Of a stretch of 64,000 bases of DNA, positions 1 to 15,610 are shown piece by piece. Source of the stretch: Octopus vulgaris (lineage: Eukaryota). The notes beneath the pieces were generated by a model that was given only the letters and a program-made list of their open reading frames with translations, was not told where the DNA came from and searched no databases. How positions within the stretch are numbered: the stretch's first letter is position 1; each line of letters opens with the position of its first letter. The stretch is from NCBI GenBank assembly GCA_951406725.2, contig OX597842.1, forward strand, positions 18,290,001-18,354,000, in the 5' to 3' direction. Made by a program: the position numbers and the translations under genes.

Positions 1-155
1 TTATATTCATACATACATACATCTACATACATTCACGTATATACACATACGTACGCGTACCTACAGATTCATGTCTACACTCTTAGAAGGCTAGTCTATA
101 CATATACACCAATAAATATAAATACACACACATACACGTACACCTACATACAAAT

Positions 156-199
<44 letters not shown>

Positions 200-459
200 A
201 TATATATACATATATACATATATATACACACATATATATACATATTCACACATATATACACATATATACATACACACACACATACATACACATATATACA
301 CATATACACACATATACACATATATACACACATACACATACATACATGTACACACATACACATACATACGTATACATACATACATACATCCATACATACA
401 TACATTTATACACATACACACACCCACATACATACATATATATACGCGCATATATATAT

Positions 460-500
<41 letters not shown>

Positions 501-925
501 TACATATATATTCATACACACACATACACATACATACATATACAAATATACGCACACACATACATACATACTCATATACTCATACACACACATACACATG
601 TACATGCATCCCCTTACACGCACACACACACGCGCGCGTCCATATATACACATAAGTACACCCATGCGTAAGAGTATACATATATCTATGCTTACACATA
701 CACACACACACACGCGCCTCCTTATATTCATACTTACATGCATACTCAAAAAATAAGTAAATAGTAAAATATATATACGCGCAGTTATTCATACATGCAT
801 ACTCAAAAAATAAATAATAAATAAAAAATATTAAGTATATGTACGTGCAGTTACCTATTATATAGACGGATACATACATATAAACTTACACACATAGATA
901 TATATATATATACATATACATACAT

Positions 926-974
<49 letters not shown>

Positions 975-1049
975 CATACATACATATATACACACACATA
1001 TACACATACATACATATACATATATATATATATACACACACACACACAT

Positions 1050-1082
<33 letters not shown>

Positions 1083-1291
1083 CATACTTACACATGTACA
1101 TATAAATACACACATAGATAACTCTACGTACCTACATATACATAAACACACGAGCGTACGCGTATATGTACATATACACATACACATACACACGCATATA
1201 TATACATACATACATACACATACACACATGTGTGTATACACATACACACACATACACATATACATACATACACACATATATACATACACAT

Positions 1292-1328
<37 letters not shown>

Positions 1329-1499
1329 TACATACATATATATATATATATACACATACACATACACACACATATATACATGTGTGCAAACATACATACA
1401 TTCTCATACAAGCACACACACTTACATTTACATATATACACACACTTACACACATATATACATACACATGTACATACATACATACGTATATGCATACAT

Positions 1500-1542
<43 letters not shown>

Positions 1543-1667
1543 TATACATATATATATATACACATACATACATACACAAACACATACCCATACATATATA
1601 TACACACAAATATATATATACACATGCACATACTTATATCTCTACATACTCGCATATACATATATAT

Positions 1668-1721
<54 letters not shown>

Positions 1722-2064
1722 ATATACATACATATACACACACACATACATACACCCATATACATGCATATATACACATACATATATATACACATCTACA
1801 ATTTGTATCTACACTCACATACCTGCACATACACATAACTCTACATACCTACAAATACATCGACATGCTCGCGTACACTCATATATATACACATATATAC
1901 ATATACACACACACATACATATACATATACATATACATATATATAAACATATACACACATAATACACATATACACACACACATACATATATGTATATATA
2001 TATACATATACATATATACATACATACACACACATATATATATACACACACACACACACACACT

Positions 2065-2096
<32 letters not shown>

Positions 2097-2532
2097 CATA
2101 CATATACATATATATATACATACATACATACATACACATATACATACATGTACATATACACATACACACACATATATATATACATACACATACATATATC
2201 AACAATTGAGGGTAAGGTTAATTAGTTATTAATTAATTTCACCAAGTATTCAGTTGTAAAAGGACCATTATTTTTATGAGTAAACAATGTCTGAGGGAAA
2301 AAATTCTCTAAGTAGTGGAAGAGGCTAAAAAACTTTATTGGCTGCTATTTCTAGAAAGTTCAGTATGCGGCAGAGTAATTTATTTTACTAAGCCCTAATT
2401 ATATAATATTTTATACATACATACACATACATACACACATACATATACACATACATATGCATACACACATATATATACATATATACATACATACATCTAT
2501 ACATATATACATACACACACACACACACACGC

Positions 2533-2589
<57 letters not shown>

Positions 2590-3132
2590 CACATATACAC
2601 ACACATATATATATTTTTTTACATACATACACGCACACACACACATAATATATAATACATGCGTATAATCCTACTATACCCATACATTTCTATACATATA
2701 TACGATACACATATACAAGCGTGCACATACAATATGTGAAAGGTCTTAGGAGAAAAGGTAATCGGGGGTGCTAGGGGAACGGTGGGGTTGGGGGGGTTTT
2801 GTGGGTGGGGTGTCATCAATCTGGTTGCCAGGTAGGTCTATAGTTCTTGTAGTTCGCATACTTTTTATGCATACAATTTGGGGAGTGTTCTGAGATTTTG
2901 TTAAGGAGAGGGCCTTTGGCGAACAAGATCTTTAGGCTCTCCGATATGCAGAGGTCACAGCAGGTATGGCCTCCTGTGTACGAGCGCGCCTTCTGTAGTA
3001 GTTTCCACTTGGTCTTGAAGGGGATGGAGTTCCTTTTAAGGTACCAGATGTGGGCGGCGAGGGTAGGTTGGTTGGATTTATCTTGTCGCCGGAACGAGTG
3101 TGTGTGTGCGTACCAACGGGTCTTAAAGCTGT
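1..3132 (-). mobile_element. Inverted copy of the Penelope-like element 3' part (mirror of 3617-6773)
   Basis: Position 1 pairs with 6773 and 3132 with about 3617. It includes the reverse complement of the GIY-YIG C-terminus (2818-3132) with a few substitutions. Confidence 0.92.
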
Positions 3133-3138
3133 CTTCCC

Positions 3139-3239
3139 CTATTTTTCCTGGGTTGGCGTGGGGCTATACTAGTATAGGTAATCTTATCTTTGAAGATTAC
3201 CTATACTAGTATAGCCCCACGCCAACCCAGGAAAAATAG
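3139..3239. repeat. Perfect fold-back hairpin at the palindrome centre (47-bp arms, 7-nt loop)
   Basis: 3139-3185 is the exact reverse complement of 3193-3239. The loop is ATCTTTG. Confidence 0.95.
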
Positions 3240-3933
3240 ACGAAGACACATTAGCTGGTACAACCCCCCCTTCAACCGTGAGGTCGCTACACCTGTAGCT
3301 AAAATCTTCTTCACTCTCCTACAGAAACACTTCCCCACCCAACATAAGTACTACACTATCCTAAATAAGAACACTATTAGACTCTCCTACTCTACCACGC
3401 CCAATCTAGCCAGGAACCTAGCCAACAACAATGTGAAAAAACTTAACATATCTACTTTTTCCGAGGCCCATCCAACGTCCGATAGCAATTGCAACTGCCC
3501 TGATAAAACCACCTGCCCCCTCAACAACAACTGCCTACAGAGGGACCTAGTATATACATGCGAGGTAAGATCAGGCCCTGACGATAAAAGAAAATCCTAC
3601 ATAGGAATGACGTCAAACAGCTTTAAGACCCGTTGGTACGCACACACACACTCGTTCCGGCGACAAGATAAATCCAACCAAACTACCCTCGCCGCCCACA
3701 TCTGGTACCTTAAAAGGAACTCCATCCCCTTCAAGACCAAGTGGAAACTACTACAGAAGGCGCGCTCGTACACAGGAGGCCATACCTGCTGTGACCTCTG
3801 CATATCGGAGAGCCTAGAGATCTTGTTCGCCAAAGGCCCTCTCCTTAACAAAATCTCAGAACACTCCCCAAATTGTATGCATAAAAAGTATGCGAACTAC
3901 AAGAACTATAGACCTACCCGGCAACCAGATTGA
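3190..3933 (+). CDS. 5'-truncated Penelope-like element ORF: RT thumb/linker, Cys-rich linker and GIY-YIG endonuclease (Nematis-like)
   Basis: Translation shows ISWYNPPF, IRLSYS, CNC-x4-CPL-x3-C, LVY...YIGMT, KTRW-x2-H, LAAHIW, CDLCISE and LLNK...CMH. This is the C-terminal signature of PLE GIY-YIG proteins. The RT core is absent and the TTG start is not genuine. Confidence 0.92.
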   Translation: MKITYTSIAPRQPRKNRRRHISWYNPPFNREVATPVAKIFFTLLQKHFPTQHKYYTILNKNTIRLSYSTTPNLARNLANNNVKKLNISTFSEAHPTSDSNCNCPDKTTCPLNNNCLQRDLVYTCEVRSGPDDKRKSYIGMTSNSFKTRWYAHTHSFRRQDKSNQTTLAAHIWYLKRNSIPFKTKWKLLQKARSYTGGHTCCDLCISESLEILFAKGPLLNKISEHSPNCMHKKYANYKNYRPTRQPD

Positions 3934-4158
3934 TGACACCCCACCCACAAAACCCCCCAACCCCACCGTTCCCCTAGCACCCCCGATTACCTTTTCTCCT
4001 AAGACCTTTCACATATTGTATGTGCACGCTTGTATATGTGTATCGTATATATGTATAGAAATGTATGGGTATAGTAGGATTATACGCATGTATTATATAT
4101 TATGTGTGTGTGTGCGTGTATGTATGTAAAAAAATATATATATGTGTGTGTATATGTG

Positions 4159-4221
<63 letters not shown>

Positions 4222-5030
4222 GCGTGTGTGTGTGTGTGTGTATGTATATATGTATAGATGTATGTATGTATATATGTATATATATGTGTGTATGCATATG
4301 TATGTGTATATGTATGTGTGTATGTATGTGTATGTATGTATAAAATATTATATAATTAGGGCTTAGTAAAATAAATTACTCTGCCGCATACTGAACTTTC
4401 TAGAAATAGCAGCCAATAAAGTTTTTTAGCCTCTTCCACTACTTAGAGAATTTTTTCCCTCAGACATTGTTTACTCATAAAAATAATGGTCCTTTTACAA
4501 CTGAATACTTGGTGAAATTGATTAATAACTAATTAACCTTACCCTCAATTGTTGATATATGTATGTGTATGTATATATATATGTGTGTGTATGTGTATAT
4601 GTACATGTATGTATATGTGTATGTATGTATGTATGTATATATATATGTATATGTATGTATATATATATATATATGTATGTGTGTGTGAGTGTGTGTGTGT
4701 GTGTGTGTATATATATATGTGTGTGTATGTATGTATATATGTATATGTATATATATATACATATATGTATGTGTGTGTGTATATGTGTATTATGTGTGTA
4801 TATGTTTATATATATGTATATGTATATGTATATGTATGTGTGTGTGTATATGTATATATGTGTATATATATGAGTGTACGCGAGTGTGTCGATGTATTTG
4901 TAGGTATGTAGAGTTATGTGTATGTGCAGGTATGTGAGTGTAGATACAAATTGTAGATGTGTATATATATGTATGTGTATATATGCATGTATATGGGTGT
5001 ATGTATGTGTGTGTGTATATGTATGTATAT

Positions 5031-5078
<48 letters not shown>

Positions 5079-5193
5079 GTATATATGTGTGTGTATATAT
5101 ATGTATATGCGAGTATGTAGAGATATAAGTATGTGCATGTGTATATATATATGTGTGTATATATATGTATGGGTATGTGTATGTGTATGTATG

Positions 5194-5240
<47 letters not shown>

Positions 5241-5645
5241 ATGTATGCATATACGTATGTATGTATGTACATGTGTATGTATATATGTGTGTAAGGGTGT
5301 GTATATATGTAAATGTAAGTGTGTGTGCTTGTATGAGAATGTATGTATGTTTGCACACATGTATATATGTGTGTGTATGTGTATGTGTATATATATATAT
5401 ATATGTATGTATATATGTATGTATATATATATATATATATATGTGTATGTATATATGTGTGTATGTATGTATATGTGTATGTGTGTGTATGTGTATACAC
5501 ACATGTGTGTATGTGTATGTATGTATGTATATATATGCGTGTGTATGTGTATGTGTATATGTACATATACGCGTACGCTCGTGTGTTTATGTATATGTAG
5601 GTACGTAGAGTTATCTATGTGTGTATTTATATGTACATGTGTAAG

Positions 5646-5710
<65 letters not shown>

Positions 5711-5711
5711 A

Positions 5712-5744
<33 letters not shown>

Positions 5745-5799
5745 GTATATGTATGTGTGTATGTGTATATATATGTGTATGTATGTATGTATATATATG

Positions 5800-5834
<35 letters not shown>

Positions 5835-6269
5835 ATGTATGTATATGTATATATATATATATCTATGTGTGTAAGTTTATATGTATGTATCCGTCTATAT
5901 AATAGGTAACTGCACGTACATATACTTAATATTTTTTATTTATTATTTATTTTTTGAGTATGCATGTATGAATAACTGCGCGTATATATATTTTACTATT
6001 TACTTATTTTTTGAGTATGCATGTAAGTATGAATATAAGGAGGCGCGTGTGTGTGTGTGTATGTGTAAGCATAGATATATGTATACTCTTACGCATGGGT
6101 GTACTTATGTGTATATATGGACGCGCGCGTGTGTGTGTGCGTGTAAGGGGACGCATGTACATGTGTATGTGTGTGTATGAGTATATGAGTATGTATGTAT
6201 GTGTGTGCGTATATTTGTATATGTATGTATGTATGTGTATGTGTGTGTATGAATATATATGTATATATG

Positions 6270-6314
<45 letters not shown>

Positions 6315-6575
6315 ATATATATATGCGCGTATATATATGTATGTATGTGGGTGTGTGTATGTGTATAAATGTATGTATGTATGGATGTATGTATGTATGT
6401 ATACGTATGTATGTGTATGTGTGTACATGTATGTATGTGTATGTGTGTATATATGTGTATATGTGTGTATATGTGTATATATGTGTATGTATGTGTGTGT
6501 GTATGTATATATGTGTATATATGTGTGAATATGTATATATATGTGTGTATATATATGTATATATGTATATATATA

Positions 6576-6609
<34 letters not shown>

Positions 6610-7036
6610 CATGTATGTATTTGTATGTAGGTGTACGTGTATGTGTGTGTATTTATATTTATTGGTGTATATGTATAGACTAGCCTTCTAAGAGTGTAGA
6701 CATGAATCTGTAGGTACGCGTACGTATGTGTATATACGTGAATGTATGTAGATGTATGTATGTATGAATATAACGCGTGCGTGCGTGTATGTGTATGAGT
6801 GTACGAATGAGTGAGTGTACGTGCTAAAGAGTGTGCGTGAGTGAATGAGTGCTTGTTTTCCAGTAGACAGATAAATGGACTGGCTGTCATAGCCAAGATG
6901 TTTGTGACCAAGCCGCCAAAGATAACAAAAGTAATAAACGAAGATAATAAAATTAAAATTAGGAAATGGGTCTGTATTTGTATGTGTATATATATATATA
7001 TGTGTGTATGTGTAGATATGCATGGGTACACATGTG

Positions 7037-7097
<61 letters not shown>

Positions 7098-7124
7098 GTG
7101 TGTGTATGTATATGTATGTGTGTG

Positions 7125-7161
<37 letters not shown>

Positions 7162-7537
7162 ATGTGTATATATGTGTATATAGGGACTAGTGTGCTGGGT
7201 GTGCATGTGTGTGTGTGGATTTGTGTGTGTATATGTGAGTATGCGTGTGTATGTGTATATATATTTTTCTGTGTGTATATGTATGTGTTGTCGTGTGTGT
7301 GTATATATACATGTGTGTATACGTGTATGCATGTGAGTGTGTGTATGTATACATATATGTGTATGTGTAGATATGTATATGTATGTGTAAGTGTATATAT
7401 ATGTATATATATATATATGTGTGTGTATGTATGTGCGTATGTATATGTATATGTTTGTATGCGTGTGTATATATGTATACATATGTGCATAGGTATAAGT
7501 GAGAATCTCCTTATTTACCTAAAACTCTATCCCCCTT

Positions 7538-7589
<52 letters not shown>

Positions 7590-7754
7590 TTTATTTTTTA
7601 TTTTGTATTTATTCTTCTATCTAATTTAACACTGACTCCTTGACCACTCCCCCAAGTATGATATTATGCGCTATGCCTACCCCCAAAAAGTCCCCCACCA
7701 ACACCCCTTTAAACCTGCCTAAATGTATAAATGCCAATACAATTCTTGTTAACT

Positions 7755-7805
7755 AGCTTCCTGAAGATTTCTCTTGAATGAAACAGTTCTAGTCCTGTAG
7801 AAGCT
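7755..7805 (+). ncRNA. Type I hammerhead ribozyme at the Penelope 3' end
   Basis: AGCTTC-CTGAAGA-tTTCtcttGAAt-GAAA-CAGttctagtcCTG-TA-GAAGCT. Stem I is 6 bp, both core boxes are present, and stem III leads to a GUA site. The first stem II pair is U-U. Confidence 0.8.
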
Positions 7806-7891
7806 CCTTCTATATAATAAATTAATTTTACTCTGCTATGTATTGAGTACCTTATTTACTGTGGTTAACCCCGAATCAACCCGGGACCTAC

Positions 7892-7955
<64 letters not shown>

Positions 7956-7994
7956 GTATATATATATATATATATGTATTTATGTATATATGTT

Positions 7995-8500
7995 GATGAT
8001 GATGATGGCTATCCGCTCTTAAGCAAAGAAGACCATCACTGACCATCACCCATGTGAAATGTCTGCAAGGTCCGTTCTAAGTAGTACAGTGTTCACGAAT
8101 GCCTTTATTGTGATTCGCAGTTGTGGCTTTCATGCCCCCCACAGTGCCTTCCAAATTGATCGGGCGTCGTAAATGACTGTCGCCTAGCGATTGTATAACC
8201 TCCAATTTTAAATCCAATAAGGCTTGGCTGACCCCTCACAGATCCTTTCCATCCTATTGACATGATCCAGAGACAAGGGCTGGCAGAGTATCCAGGGCCA
8301 GTGTGAATCGCAGGCTGAATGTGGGGGTATTATGATCCCATGCACAACCAAAACATCCCCCTATAATTTAAGGTATCATTTACACACACACAAATGCATA
8401 TATACATACATGCATATACACACGTATTATGGATATATACATATAAACTACTTTAAAGGAGGCAGTGGGAACTTATGTTGCTTTGAGTAGTTTGGTGTGT
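7995..8500 (-). mobile_element. Dispersed repeat with a (CAT)n tail, probably a decayed non-LTR 3' fragment (copies 11515-11935 in opposite orientation, 17990-18490 in same orientation)
   Basis: Three near-identical copies occur in the window, one internally deleted. The minus strand ends ...GCGGATAGCCATCATCATC. The family is not firmly identified. Confidence 0.55.
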
Positions 8501-8660
8501 GTGTGTGTGTATATACTCATTTTACTTGTTTCAGTCATTTGATTGCGGCCATGCTGGAGCACCGCCTTTAGTCGAGCAACTCGACCCCGAGAATTATTCT
8601 TTGTAAGCCAAGTACTTATTCTATATATTCGATATACTATTCTATATTCTATATTGTATA

Positions 8661-8708
<48 letters not shown>

Positions 8709-8750
8709 ACATATATAATGTATATAAATATATACATATATATACATATA

Positions 8751-8916
8751 AGGCGCAGGAGTCGCTGTGTGGTAAGTAGCTTGTTTACCAACCACATGGT
8801 TCCGGGTTCAGTTGCACTGCGTGGCACCGTGGGCAAGTGTCTTCTACTATAGCCTTGGGCCGACCAAAGCCTTGAGAGTGGATTTGGTAGACGGAAACTG
8901 AAAGAAGCCCGTCGTA

Positions 8917-8917
<1 letters not shown>
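8751..8917 (+). mobile_element. SINE family A, 5' half (tRNA-derived head)
   Basis: GGCGCAGGAGT.GCTGTGTGGTAAG...GGTTCAGT..C A/B-box-like head, matching many copies in the window. A 3'-half fragment lies at about 8517-8622 (-). Confidence 0.85.
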
Positions 8918-9003
<86 letters not shown>

Positions 9004-9012
9004 GTATGTATA

Positions 9013-9068
<56 letters not shown>

Positions 9069-9099
9069 TATATATATATGTATGTATGAATGCATATAT

Positions 9100-9166
<67 letters not shown>

Positions 9167-9183
9167 ATATATCTCTCTCTCTA

Positions 9184-9241
<58 letters not shown>

Positions 9242-9258
9242 CATATATTTATATATAA

Positions 9259-9289
<31 letters not shown>

Positions 9290-9317
9290 TAGATATATAT
9301 ATATAGATAGGCAAAAA

Positions 9318-9790
9318 TCAGTCGAAGCAGAATTCAGGCAACATGGCCCACTCAAATAGAGAGTTATTGTTTCCAGAGACATATCTGGGTGTAGGAGCTT
9401 TATCCGGGATTTCTCGAAGGAATTTTTCCAAAGACGTCTTGAACTTTATGGGATCTGCTTCTCCTTTAATGTGTTCTGATATCATGTTAAAGAGAATGGG
9501 GTCACTTGATGCGAAATTGTTGTTCCGTATTGTTGTTATGAGATGCAAGTATGATTTATGTTGTTGGGGCATAGCACGGGGCAGAAGTCTTGGCTGTATC
9601 TTAAAGGAGATGCCGGCATTATTCAGGCAATGCAGATGGAATGTTTCCCACATCATGCTGATGATATAGCGCTCATGGAGACGTTGAAGAGAATTAAGCT
9701 TGTGCTTCTCTAGTCGACCCCAATAGTCAAGGCCTGTCATGCCATTTATCATTTTACTAATTGACGTTTGAGGTGCTTCAGTTTTCCTGA
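9318..9790 (-). pseudogene. Decayed 3' fragment of a CR1/L2-group LINE, an older relative of 19432-22482
   Basis: LDYWGRLEKHKLNSLQRLHERY...FKTSLEKFLREIPDKAP...NNSL parallels the C-terminus of the long LINE. Confidence 0.8.
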
Positions 9791-9911
9791 TACTTTGTTT
9801 TGTGTGTAACTACCACAGTGGAAACAATAACTCTGTAGTTGGGTGGGCCATCTTGCCGGGATTCTGCTTTCACCGACGTCACCAGGTATATGCATTTGAC
9901 TGGCTTTGCCT

Positions 9912-10017
<106 letters not shown>

Positions 10018-10049
10018 GTATATATATATATTGTGTATATATATATATA

Positions 10050-10108
<59 letters not shown>

Positions 10109-10330
10109 GTATATATACATATATTTATATATATCCCTCTCTCTCTCTCTCTGTATATATATATGTATATATACACCAAACTACTTAATACACCATAACT
10201 TCCCACTGCCTCCTTTAAAGAAGGTGTCTATATATGTATAAAATGATGAAGTATATACGTATATATCCACTATACATGTGTATGCATGTATGTATATATT
10301 TATATATATATATTATATATATATTATATA

Positions 10331-10407
<77 letters not shown>

Positions 10408-10500
10408 ATTTTATATATATTATATATGTTATATATTATATATATATATTATATATATATGTTATATATTATATATATTATATATATATTATATATATAT

Positions 10501-10579
<79 letters not shown>

Positions 10580-10642
10580 ATATATTATATATATATTTAG
10601 TTATTATATATATATATGTTATATATATATATGTTATATATA

Positions 10643-11339
<697 letters not shown>

Positions 11340-11341
11340 AT

Positions 11342-11387
<46 letters not shown>

Positions 11388-11390
11388 TTT

Positions 11391-11520
<130 letters not shown>

Positions 11521-11952
11521 CACACTACTCAAACACCATAACTTCCCACTGCCTCCTTTAAAGTAGTTTATATGTATATATTCATAATACGTGTGTATAT
11601 GCATGTATGTATATATGCGTTTGTGTGTGTGTAAATGATACCTTAAATTATGGGGGATGTTTTGCTTGTGCATGGGATCATAATACCCCCACATTCAGCC
11701 TGCGATTCACATTGGCCCTGGATACTCTGCCCTGGCTTGTCTCTGGATCATGTCAATAGGATGGAAAGGATCTGTGAGGGGTCATCCAAGCCTTATTGGA
11801 TTTAAAATTGCTGGTTGAACAATCGCTAGGCGACAGTCATTTACGACGCCCGATCAATTTGGAGACATTTCACATGGGTGATGGTCAGTGATGGTCTTCT
11901 TTGCTTAAGAGCGGATAGCCATCATCATCATCACCATATATACATAAATACA

Positions 11953-12026
<74 letters not shown>

Positions 12027-12058
12027 CATAAATATATATATATATATATATATACATA

Positions 12059-12089
<31 letters not shown>

Positions 12090-12620
12090 AATGTATATAT
12101 ATATATATATTTATATATATACATACATGGAGATTTCATGTTTACATATATACATAACTATAGACAATCATACGTATTAAACTAAATCCAAATATAGGTA
12201 TACATACGCTCACACACATTCACATACACACACATACACAATATACATACTTAAATACATATAGAACTGCATACATACACACACATACACCTAATTATCT
12301 GCATATATGTACATGTACATAGCTATTTGCATACCACCTATTTGTTGCACAATGTAAGATTCGTTCGAATGCTGACTCACTATTTCTTTTCTTTCACAAT
12401 TCTAAAGAAACTAAAAAATATCTCAATCTTTTCTTATTATGTCTCTGCATCACTGAACTTATAACTCTTAAGAAACTTGTCTTTATTCTAATCTTAGGTC
12501 ACCCTTTTGTGTGAATTTAGAAAAATATGTAAAACCAAAATACATACACGCCCACATACATACATGCATACATTCATATAATATATATATGTATGTATAT
12601 ACCTATAATGTATTTAACAC

Positions 12621-12667
<47 letters not shown>

Positions 12668-12899
12668 CATATAATTAGGGGATATGTTAGCCTTTTCAAG
12701 GGATGGTTGTATTCAAGGAAATACTGATTCAATACCTAGAATTTTGGGGGAATGAAATTCCCTTAAAACATTAGATCTATATTAAGCATATATATTATAT
12801 ATAGATCTTATTAAGAACATGGTTTATATTCATTTAAAAGAAATAAAGAAATTAGAGATAAGGAATTTAATACTTTTTGTTATCAAATTGGTCATCTTC

Positions 12900-12990
12900 G
12901 CTGCTTACAGCTATTTCAAGAAATTATTACAAATTTATACATTAAATTTACATTTATGTGACATGAGTATAATTTCATCAGAGTGAAAAC
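12900..12990 (-). ncRNA. Degenerate hammerhead-like motif (mirror copy about 16790-16873, +)
   Basis: The minus strand reads CACT-CTGATGA-AATTAT...ATAATTtctt-GAAA-TAGCTG-TA-AG. Stem I is weak, and the mirror copy has TTGATGA. Confidence 0.45.
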
Positions 12991-13069
12991 ATGTTCTTTT
13001 GGATGTGATGAGGATCGATCTTCTTTACTTTTCTTCTTTTAATTGGATATAAACTATATACATACAAAC

Positions 13070-13153
<84 letters not shown>

Positions 13154-13306
13154 ATGTGTGTGTGCGTGTGTGTGTATGTATTTATCTATGTATGTATATA
13201 TGTGTATATATATATATATATGCATGTATATTCATATATAAGTATATATATATTTATATATATATATCTATGTATATATATATATATATATATACGTATA
13301 TATATA

Positions 13307-13347
<41 letters not shown>

Positions 13348-13348
<1 letters not shown>

Positions 13349-13850
13349 CAGCCATGCTACATGGCAGTGAAACATGGGCCGTGACTGCTGAAGATATGCG
13401 TAAGCTCGCAAGAAATGAAGCCAGTATGCTCCGATGGATGTGTAATGTCAGTACTCATACTCGGCAGAGTGTAAGTACCCTGAGAGAAAAGCTGGACCTA
13501 AGAAGCATCAGTTGTGGTGTGCAAGAGAGACGTTTGCACTGGTATGGTCATGTGGCGAGAATGGATGAAGATAGTTGTGTGAAAAAGTGCCACACCCTAG
13601 CGGTTGAGGGAACCTGTGGAAGAGGCAGACCCAGGAAAACCTGGGACGAGGTGGTGAAGCACGACCTTCGAACTTTAGGTCTCACTGACGAAATGACTAG
13701 AGGCCAAGTCCTCTGGAAGTGTGCTGTGCGCGAGAAGACCCGGCAGGACAAGTGAGTCCATAATCCCGTGGCCTTCTACATGGGATGGAGCCAGCCTACG
13801 TATGCATACCTTCCTTCTTGGGACACAAAACTCTACTTGTGAAGACCTGT
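13348..13850 (+). pseudogene. RTE-clade LINE 3' fragment
   Basis: MLHGSETW...MLRWM...RRLHWYGHVARM...GRGRPRKTW is the canonical RTE post-RT region. Confidence 0.92.
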
Positions 13851-14362
13851 TGTATATTTTCTCCAGCTCACATTGCAGGTTCTTAGTGTCTTCAGGGTTC
13901 TGTATTGCCTGTGAAACTTTTGTATCATCTGCATAACTTGTGATCGTGGATCTCTGCGTGGCTGAGGGCATGTCTGAGAGGGCCATTATGAACAGTAGTG
14001 GTCCCAAAACAGTGCCTTGCGGATTACACCGCTCACTATTTGACCACTACTACCACCTGACTTCTATCCTTCAGAAAGTCATGAAGCCATTCTCCCAATT
14101 TTACAACTATGCCATAATCACGCAGTTTCTGACATATCATTCCATGATCGACTTTATCAAAGGCCTTTGCAAAGTCGAGATATATGACTTCCACATTTGA
14201 GTGGTTGAGCAGTCGTTTCAGCACCCAGTCATAGTGTTGTAGGAGCTGAGTTAAGCAGCTTCTTCCTGGTCGGAAACCATGTTGGGTGTCAGGCAGCAAG
14301 TCATTTTCTTCAAGGAAGGTGATTAGTTTCCTTCTGACTATTCGTTCCATGACCTTGCTGAA
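13848..14362 (-). pseudogene. RT fragment of the CR1/L2-group LINE
   Basis: Near-identical to 20350-20880 (QHGF, YLDFAKAFDKV, YADD), with a deletion. Confidence 0.9.
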
Positions 14363-14383
14363 TGTATATATATATATACATAT

Positions 14384-14545
14384 ATACGACAGGCTTCTTT
14401 CAGTTTCCGTCTAACAAATCCACTCACAAGGCATTGGTCGGCCCGGGGCTATAGCAGAAGACACTTGCCCAAGATGCCACGCAGTGGGACTGAACCCGGA
14501 ACCATGTGGTTGGTTAGCAAGCTACTTACCACACAGCCACTCCCA
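14384..14545 (-). mobile_element. SINE family A, 5' half
   Basis: Reverse complement of the family A head. Confidence 0.85.
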
Positions 14546-14817
14546 AGGAGTGGCCCTATCCTACAGTGCACCGTAGCTGTTTCTTTGGCATACCTGTAGA
14601 AAGCTCTGGGGTTATATATTTTATGTTGTCTATAGCCCAGGCTTCTTTGTCTGCTCTTTCTTTTTCATGGGAGTGTTGCAGACATTTTTCAATTTCCAAC
14701 AGTTTTATTTTCAGGTGGGACTTTTCACTGCTTTCAATTTGAAGTTTCACGTCGATGTCTGGCGAGGAGAGACATTCAGGTCAGTTTTGTTTGAGGATCT
14801 CTTTCTCAATTTGTTTC
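14545..14817 (-). pseudogene. Internally deleted fragment of the CR1/L2-group LINE
   Basis: Matches 21308-21498 joined to 21641-21720. Confidence 0.85.
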
Positions 14818-14859
14818 CGCTAAGTAACAGGGACATAAACACACCAGCATCGGCTGTAA

Positions 14860-15290
14860 ATATAATTAACATAATATACAAAAAAGTAAATATAATTAAC
14901 ATAATATACAAAATATATATAAAATATAAAATTAAAATTATGAAATTTTAAATTTATTCTTGTAAATTTTTATATTTTTATATTTTAAATTTTAAAGTTA
15001 TAAATTTTTAAAACTTTAAATTTTTTTTTCAATTTTCAAATTGTATTAAAAAGTTTCATATAATATACTAAGTAATATAATAAGTAAAAGCATATTAATT
15101 ATTACTTATTACTTACTATATTGTATTGAAATTTTTAATAATTTTTGATAGTTTAAGAAAAAAATTAAGTTTTAAAAATTTATAAATTTAAAATTTAAAA
15201 TATAAAAATATAAAAATCTAAAATATAAATATGAATTTTAAATTTTAAATTTTATATTTGATATATATATTATGTATATTATATTAATTG
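14860..15290. repeat. Very AT-rich imperfect inverted repeat
   Basis: For example TTTTTATATTTTTATATTTTAAATTTTAAA (about 14967) pairs with TTTAAAATTTAAAATATAAAAATATAAAAA (about 15187). The centre is near 15095. Confidence 0.7.
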
Positions 15291-15291
15291 T

Positions 15292-15610
15292 GAGGGCGGG
15301 TGGCTTAGTGGTTAGGGCATTCGGTCATGATCGTAAGGTTGTGAGTTCGATTCCCGGCGACGCGTTGTGTCCTTGAGCAAGACACTTTATTTCACGTTGC
15401 TCCAGTCCACTCAGCTGGCAAAAATGAGTTGTACTTGTATTTCAAAGGGTCAGCCTTGTCACTCTCTGTGTCACGCTGATTATCCCCGAGAACTACGTTA
15501 AGGGTACACGTGTCTGTGGAATGCTCAGCCATTTGCACGTTAATTTCACGAGCAAGCTGTTCCGTTGATTGTATCAGCTGGGACCCTCGTCGTCGTAACC
15601 GGCGGAGACT
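15292..15610 (+). mobile_element. SINE family C (tRNA head, CCTTGAGCAAGACAC central box); second copy 42814-43131 (-)
   Basis: A box TGGCTTAGTGG and B box GTTCGATTCC. A near-identical inverted copy lies at 42.8-43.1 kb. Confidence 0.88.

Larger units (their letters stand above)
3190..7892 (+). mobile_element. Penelope-like retroelement, 3' part with a long microsatellite-rich 3' region
   Basis: The ORF is followed by about 4 kb that is co-duplicated with it in the inverted arm. It ends in a hammerhead (7755-7805), an AATAAA at about 7816 and a (TA)n flank. The 3' boundary is approximate. Confidence 0.7.

Noticed and set aside
15292-15362. tRNA genes at SINE heads (also 27466, 56290-56360, 56619)
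   Set aside because: A and B boxes are present but there is no complete cloverleaf, and each continues into a repeated SINE body.
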